64,000 nt of DNA from Botryllus schlosseri (taxonomy: Eukaryota). Shown in pieces: positions 40,271 through 49,800 of the stretch (position 1 is the stretch's first letter; every line of letters begins with the position of its first letter). The notes below the pieces were generated by a model. It made no database searches and was not told where the DNA came from. It saw only the letters and a list, made by a program, of their open reading frames with translations. The stretch is taken from assembly GCA_051294905.1 (NCBI GenBank), contig CM119373.1, positions 124,001 to 188,000 of the forward strand. The letters are read 5' to 3'. The translations under genes and the position numbers were made by a program.

Positions 40271-40332
40271 GGCGTTGGATTTAAGTTCCAATGAACAAGT
40301 GTTCACATATAGGTTCGAATCCCACACCCACT
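40271..40332 (+). pseudogene. tRNA-Leu(TAA) 3' fragment (mirror copy ~49115-49176)
   Basis: anticodon arm ttgga-tttaagt-tccaa, variable hairpin tgaac-aagt-gttca, T loop ggttcgaatccc; 5' acceptor strand and D arm missing. Confidence 0.65.
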
Positions 40333-41664
40333 ACGTTTTACGAGAATTAATATTTTTAGATTCAAATTTAGCGTATTGAGTACTTTTTCTGCCTTTTTCA
40401 GCGCATTAGAGACGTTTACACTATGGATTTCGTGAGCTTTACTTGAGTTTTATAAATTAACGTAAAAGTAGTCATTTCCGAGTAAGTAAAACGTTCGTAT
40501 TGTAGGTTCATTTCTGCTTAATACTATAATTACCATGGAGTTGAAGCAGTCCAATATCAAAAACACCCGAAAGTATTTGTTGCATATAGCTAAAAACCTA
40601 ATTGAGTACTCTGAAGAAGTACAAGTTGCACAGTTTGTGGTATTTCTATGACATCGAAATTTAGCTGACCAGAACTTATACTTGAGTACTTCGAAATGTA
40701 CAAGTACTTTACCTTCACACGACGTTTCTGTAAAATGAATACTGATTTTATTAAAAAATAAAAAAGCACGAAAAATTACATTTTATCCCAAACCATCAGA
40801 ATACTAAAGTAGCTTATCACGTATATGGACCTAATACTAAAGTGTTTATGATTTCCGTTCGCTTCAACTTCATGACATTTTCAGTATTAAACAGAATTAT
40901 AGGCCTAGAATGCTAACTTTCTTCGTAAATTGCTACTTCTGCCTTAATTTAACGGATTTATCTGAGATCATTGCTTTACTTAATCTCTCCAAAATATGCA
41001 TTATACTAGTACGTCACCATCGAATCCCTCTGGCTATAACTACCCGATAGTATATTTGAGGCAAATACTCGAGTACTAATTTTAAAGTAGCTTAGGTATC
41101 TAAATGAACCGACGGTCAGTAAACCATTTCGAAGTGCAAGTACAGGAATATCGTAGTTCTTGAACCGTGCTCAATGCTCAATAGACCATTTTTGCTATTT
41201 TTCATCGCCATAAGTCATTCTGGACCGCGTAAACGCATTGTACGATATCGATGAAACTTATGCAAATCCCGGAACGCAACAAGAAAAATCGTATGAATTT
41301 GTAAACTACTTATTCATGACATAATAATAATTCTACTTGTACACATTTTCATATTTTATAACACTTTAAGTAGTACTTGAAAGTTTTGTCAAGTTAACAG
41401 GTTAAAAACTTATACTTGAGCACTACGAAATGTACAAGTACTTTACCTTTACACGACGTTTTTGTAAAATGAATACCAATTAAAAAATAAAAGATAAAAA
41501 AGAGCGAAAAATTACATTTTATCCTGGAACGCAACAAAAAAAATCGTATGAATTTGTAAACTACTTATTCGGTAAACTACTCTTTACTTCACAAAACAAA
41601 GTTACAAAAGTAAGCAGATTTATATGAAAACCCGTTAAATAGAAGTAAAAGTAATAACAATGCA

Positions 41665-42205
41665 TCATACCAAATTTGATCACAATTTCATGATGCAATA
41701 CCTTTAAAACTAACGCAGTTCTCTACACACTTTTGCGCAAATCTGTGTTTCGCTAGCGTAGCACGTACCTATACATAGTAAGCTTCAATAACGGAATTAC
41801 CATGCTAATAATCAAATCCCCACCCTGAAACTTGGTACGCGGTTGTAGGACATTATGAAAATACAACATACCAAATTTCATCAGACATTTCATGATGTAA
41901 CACCTTTAAAACCAACGCAGTTCTATACCGACTTTTGGTTAAATCTGTTATCCATAACGCAGCACGTACCTATACATAGTCAACTTTAAAACGGAATTAT
42001 CATGTTAATAATCGGCTCCCCACCTTGAAACTCGGTACGCAGTTGTCAGACATTATGACAATGTACCATGTCAAATTTTGTTACGCATTTCATGATTGAA
42101 CAACTTGAAAACTAACGCAGTTCTATACCGACATTTGCGTGAAACTGTTTTGCGGGAGCTTAGCACATACCTATGCGTAGTCAACTTTAATGACGAAATT
42201 ACAGA
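41665..42205 (+). repeat. diverged tandem repeat, ~2.7 x 201 bp (mirror copy ~47495-48040)
   Basis: recurring atttcatgat...aaaac(t/c)aacgcagttct and tgaaact(t/c)ggtacgc at ~200-bp spacing. Confidence 0.8.
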
Positions 42206-42407
42206 TGTAATTAGGTTTCAACACTTTTACAACGATTCTTCTTGCTTCCTATAACATCCCACTCGAAGCTCTCGTTATTAGGCTATGATCTCAGCCTGAG
42301 CTATGTCTTAAAGCCTACGGGACTTTGCAAATTGTTTCGATTTATTCTACCCGTTTTAATTTAAGGAAGCCCATTTTACTCAATGTATCGATGACTACAG
42401 TATAGAG

Positions 42408-43571
42408 CAGGGGTGGGCAAACTACGGCCCGCGGGCCGCATGCGGCCCGCAACACCGTTCTGTGCGGCCCGCGAGAGCCTAAAGAAACTTATTAAAAATA
42501 TTGATCAAATGCGTACTAAATATCGAATTAATGCAGGGACTTGATTAAACTTTTTCTTAGTATATTTCACCATGATAATTCTAAGGCAGTGGTTCTCAAA
42601 CAGGTGGGCGCGTGAAATTATCTGAAGGGGGAAACGAAGCTCATGAGCTCAACTTAAAAAAAAATTTGCTCTGCGCAATTTCCGCCCAATTCCTAGTTAT
42701 TGCTCTGTATTTGGTCTGAATTTCATATCTAAAAGTCTCTCATCTACAGTCGTAACCTTCCATGCTATCAAACTATCCGTTAGGTTTGCTACCATCCTGG
42801 TTTCATTTTGTGATCTGATGATAAGAGAGCGCGAAATCTTTCACCATCATAAGATGGTCGTGTCTTAAAAAGTTTGAGAACCACTGTTCTAAGGTAAATA
42901 GGCCTACTTCTTATATTTTTTATGTTTAATTTCTGGCACGACCAGCATCTCAAGGCCCTAGCAGTATAAAAGGTTTCAACTGCTAAACATCCCATAAATC
43001 CTAAACGAGATTGACATAATTTGGATCACGAGTGCGATTTCAGATTGGCCACTCTTTTTTTTATTTTAGTGGCGTGCTTGTAAAAAAACGATTCGCGCAT
43101 GTCATATTGTCATATGTAGATTCGTGCTCTGTATGGTATTTATATTCTATCTACAATTAGTAGAATCATGTTTGAAGCTAACATGGTTATGATGCTGTCA
43201 GCATTGTGTGTCCTGGAACTGAATCCAAATGGGAATTAGTAAATCTATGTACAGGTCGCTGCTCACAGATTTAAATTTCAATCCTATTCTAAGAATCGGG
43301 ATAACCGACTTTCATCTCTATAGTTTTGACAAATTGGTCATTGAGGTCTCGACCAGCCTATGAAATATCGCCACTGTTTGTGACGCGTGTACGATATCAT
43401 CAAAGCATCAAGGTTTGTTTTAGATAAGCATATATGTTATCTCCATGTCCTCACTATAATCAAATGCCAATATTGCATTTTGGTTTATAATCCCAATTCT
43501 ATATAGTGCGGCCCGCGAATGGATTCAGATGTTGAATGCGGCCCGCGAGCTGAAAAGTTTGCCCACCCCTG
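42408..43571. mobile_element. composite non-autonomous hAT element present only in the left arm
   Basis: TIR caggggtgggcaaact...agtttgcccacccctg; perfect TSD gtatagag; empty site near 47293. Confidence 0.93.
42587..42886. mobile_element. 300-bp hAT MITE nested in 42408-43571
   Basis: TIR cagtggttctcaaac...gtttgagaaccactg; perfect TSD ttctaagg. Confidence 0.92.
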
Positions 43572-43746
43572 GTATAGAGTATACTCTACAAAATTTCTGA
43601 TTAATTCTCCCTATGTTAATTTACCATAAAAAGACAATTTGACTCCTAAAGTCCGAAATACTTGTTCGCTTGAGCTAAGCCGCAGCGCCTGGAGTGGAAT
43701 TTTATAGTTCTTGTAAAAAGTTGTTTGTACACAATATATGTTTAAG

Positions 43747-44035
43747 GTAAGTCCTACGCATTCTTGATTTCGTCCGAGTTTGTATTTTAGTAATATATAC
43801 TAATTTACGATACCGCGTTTGTAACTTGTGCAAGTAGGCCTACAGGAATATCATAGTTCTTGAACCGTGCTCAATGCTCAATAGACCATTTTTGCTATTT
43901 TTCATCGCCATAAGTCATTCTGAACCGCGTAAACGCATCGTACGATATAGATAAAAGTTATGCAAATCCTAGGATCCTCATTTTCAAAGTAGCTTAGATC
44001 TCGAAATAAGCTCTGACTCGCTATTTTCCTCAAAG
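43747..44035 (+). other. putative 5'-UTR intron of the Mcl-1-like gene
   Basis: donor aag|GTAAGT at 43747; branch-like ctctgac at 44011; acceptor ttttcctcaaAG ending one base before the ATG. Confidence 0.6.
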
Positions 44036-44036
44036 C

Positions 44037-44507
44037 ATGGAATTACCACGAGTATCACCTTCGATCGCTGAAGAAAAGGATGAGATTATATCCAAAGCAT
44101 ATTCCTTGACCAGGAATTTTATCATGTACGAACTCGATGGCTCATGCGTTAAGGTAAATACGAAAGCAGAGAGAACCTTACGTCGAGTTGGGGATGAAAT
44201 GTTCGAGCGACATCGAACTGTCCTAAACGCAGTCTCCAAACGTCTCCGCTATAGCGATGTCGATGTCAATGAAAAATATAAAGAATATTTACCCGATGAG
44301 CGAATGTTCCTGATGATAGCTGATGAAATTTGCAAAGATACCAAAGAAAATTGGGGTAGGATTGTCTCCCTTTTTGTGCTCGGTAGCATTCTTGCTCGCA
44401 AGAACGAGGATAAACATCATGGGGAGCATATAGAAGCTATCATACAGACAGTCGGAAATTACATTGCTAGCAGAAGACTAAAGTGGATAGTGCGAAATGG
44501 AGGATGG
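44037..44507 (+). CDS. MCL1: Bcl-2 family apoptosis regulator, Mcl-1-like; coding exon 1 (157 codons)
   Basis: BH3 TLRRVGDEM, BH1 NWGRIVSLF, BH2 start WIVRNGGW; GT donor directly after the Trp codon, the conserved phase-0 BH2 intron position; symbol reflects motif similarity, orthology untested. Confidence 0.9.
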
Positions 44508-44691
44508 GTGGGTGATTTACATGCTTTGCTTAGGATTTATAAATTATCATTTAGCATGAGATATATAGTGTATCCGCTCCCCAGAGCCCATATCATCTCT
44601 CGATGATGAAACTCAGCTTTACCTTCCAATTCGGTTCCAGATACGATAACTTTCATCCGTTTGATCATTAAGGCTTCTATTTTTGTTGTAG

Positions 44692-44805
44692 GATGGCTTT
44701 GTAGAATTCTTTGATAATACCGCTTTCGACTACAATAAAGTTTGGAAGGGACTCGTGTTTGTCGGGATCGGACTGACATCTATTGCAATGGCATTATCAA
44801 GATAA
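44692..44805 (+). CDS. MCL1: Mcl-1-like gene, coding exon 2 (BH2 end plus C-terminal TM anchor); spliced protein 194 aa
   Basis: acceptor tttttgttgtAG; translates DGFVEFFDNTAFDYNKVWKGLVFVGIGLTSIAMALSR*; W|DGFVEFF matches vertebrate Mcl-1 BH2; AATAAA at 44844. Confidence 0.88.
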   Translation, partial: DGFVEFFDNTAFDYNKVWKGLVFVGIGLTSIAMALSR

Positions 44806-46398
44806 TGGATGTTCGCGTGTTTTGTCTCGTGTAATATTTTAAGAATAAAATTCTTCATCGTTTAATCGCATCCATTTTACTGTAGGACCTATACAGTTTC
44901 TTCTGAGAATACTCGAAGGATTGCCCCATATGGAAACCTTCTTTATACTTTTAATTTTTCTAATTTCTACAGCTACGTAAGGAAATTGTTAGGATTACCC
45001 AGAATACATTGCAGGTCAAATTTGATTCGATTACGAGCATTATAGCGACAGAGATTTACGATAGTGTAAAATGACCTACCTTACGACATCAAATTTCGTC
45101 TTCTCTCCAAGTGGAAATATCATGTTCTATAATATTGTCCATACCGAACAAATATAAATTTGCCTGTGCTGTTGCTTTGCAAGAATACTTCGCTCACATA
45201 GTAACCAATTTCTGGTGGATCCCGAATCGATATAGACAGAAATGCGGAAAGTTACATTGACATGTCTTAACTTCTGCCATAGAAGTTGCGTTTCTGACTA
45301 CTTAAAAGTTGCTAGAGCTCACGCTGTTTTATCGTCGTATTGATGTTCGTTCTGAAAAGTAGCATGCTCTATGCTTCATGTTCACATTATTCAGTTAGGT
45401 TTTGCGCAAAGAAAAATAAAATTCACGCAAAAGTCGCTATTGCTCCGCGATGATTTTGATGTTGTTCCATACCGATTTGGGAGGTAGTACACTTAATTTC
45501 GTAAAGGACGCAGATAACTACTTCTACTAAATTCTTACACTTCTAAGCTTCTACACTGAATCTTGTAAAGTATATAGAAAAGGAAAACTAACGAATAATT
45601 CATGAAGTTCCGATAGGCTATATTTGAGGTAATGATTCCCGTGCGAATGAAAAGTAAGTATAGAAGGTTAGTATATCAACGATATCGCTGCCCGTCATTG
45701 CGTCGATTCGCTGCTTGAAATCCTCCAGATCGATTGATGTTTCGAGGTTTCGTGGTTTCGCTTTGCTGTCATACGTACGAGCAGAATGTCTGGATTAGGA
45801 ACAACTACACCGGGACCATTGAAGCTTTCGGTACAGCGCAATATGAATAGCACTACGTTGATCAATTCAAATTCAACAATGGCTCCCAATGGAATATCAC
45901 AATTAGGGATCTAAAAGTAACTAATATGGGTATGTTTGTAGATTATTTATCCTTCTACTCAGAGGCTTTTCAGGTGAAACTAGCTACTTTTAGGACTATA
46001 TATTTTAAAGTAGTTTGAGCTTACTTTTGTATCACCTTGACGAGTGGCGTTATAAGACATGAAAATGATTTATCACCTAATATCAGAAGTTAACACACGT
46101 CAATGTAGTTCGGAATTCACGAGAAATTGCATGATTACTAAGAGAAGTATATTCTTGTATACACAATAGCGGAGAAAATATTTAACATGTGGTAAGCAGG
46201 CCGATATGAAGATGTAAACTATAAAATGTTGTATGCCGCGCTGATGAGATTAATTATAATATACTTCTCATGTTACAGTGATTTTTCAATAACGAAACTC
46301 TTTTACGGCATAAGCTAATTAATTTCATAGTAAACATAAAATACCTGCTGTCGAGGATTTGCACTTATTTGCGGCGTGTTCAATTAACTCATGTGGCT

Positions 46399-46836
46399 CT
46401 AAAATGTAGTAAGCAGGGTGATGGGTATTCGTTGAGTTGAATAACCATAAAAAATATTCCCGCGCCCTAGGTTGCGAGCAAGAATGCTACCGAGCACAAA
46501 AAGGGAGACAATCCTACCCCAATTTTCTTTGGTATCTTTGCAAATTTCATCAGCTATCATCAGGAACATTCGCTCATCGGGTAAATATTCTTTATATTTT
46601 TCATTGACATCGACATCGCTATAGCGGAGACGTTTGGAGACTGCGTTTAGGACAGTTCGATGTCGCTCGAACATTTCATCCCCAACTCGACGTAAGGTTC
46701 TCTCTGCTTTCGTATTTACCTTAACGCATGAGCCATCGAGTTCGTACATGATAAAATTCCTGGTCAAGGAATATGCTTTGGATATAATCTCATCCTTTTC
46801 TTCAGCGATCGAAGGTGATACTCGTGGTAATTGCAT
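46399..46836 (-). pseudogene. inverted, 3'-truncated duplicate of the Mcl-1-like gene (open 145-aa ORF; BH3+BH1, no BH2 or TM)
   Basis: identical to aa 1-121 except E2Q, then an unrelated tail NLGRGNIFYGYSTQRIPITLLTTF*; upstream intron and 5' region also duplicated. Confidence 0.85.
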
Positions 46837-49800
46837 GCTTTGAGGAAAATAGCGAGTCAGAGCTTATTTCGAGATCTAAGCTACTTTGAAAATGAGGATC
46901 CTAGGATTTGCATAACTTTTATCTATATCGTACGATGCGTTTACGCGGTTCAGAATGACTTATGGCGATGAAAATAGCAAAAATGGTCTATTGAGCATTG
47001 AGCACGGTTCAAGAACTATGATATTCCTGTAGGCCTACTTGCACAAGTTACAAACGCGGTATCGTAAATTAGTATATATTACTAAAATACAAACTCGGAC
47101 GAAATCAAGAATGCGTAGGACTTACCTTAAACATATATTGTGTACAAACAACTTTTTACAAGAACTATAAAATTCCACTCCAGGCGCTGCGGCTTAGCTC
47201 AAGCGAACAAGTATTTCGGACTTTAGGAGTCAAATTGTCTTTCTTATGGTAAATTAACATAGGGAGAATTAATCAGAAATTTTGTAGAGTATACTCTATA
47301 CTGTAGTCATCGATACATTGAGGGAAATGGGCTTCCTTAAATTAAAACGGGTAGAATAAATCGAAACAATTTGCAAAGTCCCGTAGGCTTTAAGACATAG
47401 CTCAGGCTGAGATCATAGCCTAATAACGAGAGCTTCGAGTGGGATGTTATAGGAAGCAAGAAGAATCGTTGTAAAAGTGTTGAAACCTAATTACATTTGT
47501 AATTTCGTCATTAAAGTTGACTACGCATAGGTATGTGCTAAGCTCCCGCAAAACAGTTTCACGCAAATGTCGGTATAGAACTGCGTTAGTTTTCAAGTTG
47601 TTCAATCATGAAATGCGTAACAAAATTTGACATGGTACATTGTCATAATGTCTGACAACTGCGTACCGAGTTTCAAGGTGGGGAGCCGATTATTAACATG
47701 ATAATTCCGTTTTAAAGTTGACTATGTATAGGTACGTGCTGCGTTATGGATAACAGATTTAACCAAAAGTCGGTATAGAACTGCGTTGGTTTTAAAGGTG
47801 TTACATCATGAAATGTCTGATGAAATTTGGTATGTTGTATTTTCATAATGTCCTACAACCGCGTACCAAGTTTCAGGGTGGGGATTTGATTATTAGCATG
47901 GTAATTCCGTTATTGAAGCTTACTATGTATAGGTACGTGCTACGCTAGCGAAACACAGATTTGCGCAAAAGTGTGTAGAGAACTGCGTTAGTTTTAAAGG
48001 TATTGCATCATGAAATTGTGATCAAATTTGGTATGATGCATTGTTATTACTTTTACTTCTATTTAACGGGTTTTCATATAAATCTGCTTACTTTTGTAAC
48101 TTTGTTTTGTGAAGTAAAGAGTAGTTTACCGAATAAGTAGTTTACAAATTCATACGATTTTTCTTGTTGCGTTCCGGGGATTTGCATAAGTTTCATCGAT
48201 ATCGTACAATGCGTTTACGCGGTCCAGAATGACTTATGGCGATGAAAAATAGCAAAAATGGTCTATTGAGCATTGAGCACGGTTCAAGAACTATGATATT
48301 CCTGTACTTGCACTTCGAAATGGTTTACTGACCGTCGGTTCATTTAGATACCTAAGCTACTTTAAAATTAGTACTCGAGTATTTGCCTCAATTATACTAT
48401 CGGGTAGTTATAGCCAGAGGGATTCGATGGTGACGTACTAGTATAATGCACATTTTGGAGAGATTAAGTAAAGCAATGATCTCAGATAAATCCGTTAAAT
48501 TAAGGCAGAAGTAGCAATTTACGAAGAAAGTTAGCATTCTAGGCCTATAATTCTGTTTAATACTGAAAATGTCATGAAGTTGAAGCGAACGGAAATCATA
48601 AACACTTTAGTATTAGGTCCATATACGTGATAAGCTACTTTAGTATTCTGATGGTTTGGGATAAAATGTAATTTTTCGTGCTTTTTTATTTTTTAATAAA
48701 ATCAGTATTCATTTTACAGAAACGTCGTGTGAAGGTAAAGTACTTGTACATTTCGAAGTACACAAGTATAAGTTCTGGTCAGCTAAATTTCGATGTCATA
48801 GAAATACCACAAACTGTGCAACTTGTACTTCTTCAGAGTACTCAATTAGGTTTTTAGCTATATGCAACAAATACTTTCGGGTGTTTTTGATATTGGACTG
48901 CTTCAACTCCATGGTAATTATAGTATTAAGCAGAAATGAACCTACAATACGAACGTTTTACTTACTCGGAAATGACTACTTTTACGTTAATTTATAAAAC
49001 TCAAGTAAAGCTCACGAAATCCATAGTGTAAACGTCTCTAATGCGCTGAAAAAGGCAGAAAAAGTACTCAATACGCTAAATTTGAATCTAAAAATATTAA
49101 TTCTCGTAAAACGTAGTGGGTGTGGGATTCGAACCTATATGTGAACACTTGTTCATTGGAACTTAAATCCAACGCCAAAAAGCTATACTTTACAAAAATT
49201 TTGGAGTACTCACTTTTTTAGGTAAATTCTGTTACGCGCTTAGTTACTAACTCTGAAAGCCAGCAAAGTTTGTGGTATTTGATCAATATGGAAATTCGTG
49301 CACTTTGCGTTTAGGTTGTGTTGTAAATATGAGTAACTTATAACACTTGTTCATTGAAACTCAAGTCCAACGCCTTGACCGCTCGCTCAAGCCAGTTCCG
49401 TTGCTACGATATCTGAGAAATCTATTAAATTAGGGTAGAAATAACTATTTCCAAGTAAGTTTCACGAAGTCTCGATACGCTATATTTAATCTAAAAATAT
49501 TAATCCCCATAAAACGTACTGGGTGGGGGGTTCGAAGCCTAGAATAATAAGCGGATCGTGATTGAAAATAGAAGGAGGATCACTGGATTAACGTTTATGG
49601 AATACTCCGCAATGTAAAATTAGTATATACTGCACAAAATCCAGAGTGTAAGAGTCTTTACTGCATCGGAATAGTGTAGTTTTCCATCTACTTTACAAAA
49701 TTTATATGATTTTTCTTGCTACGTTCCGGGATAAAATGTAATTTTTCGCACTTTTTAATTTTTAATAAAATTAGTATCCATTATACAAAAACGACGTGTA

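Larger units (their letters stand above)
36797..44401 (+). repeat. left arm of large inverted duplication 1
   Basis: reverse complement of 46472-52568 apart from arm-specific insertions; mirror ORFs 37167/51350 and 44037/46836. Confidence 0.95.

Noticed and set aside
44508..44606. ORF-track C-terminus of the 189-aa Bcl-2 ORF (VGDLHALL...)
   Set aside because: Intron read-through; a GT donor at 44508 and the exon at 44692 restore BH2 and the TM anchor
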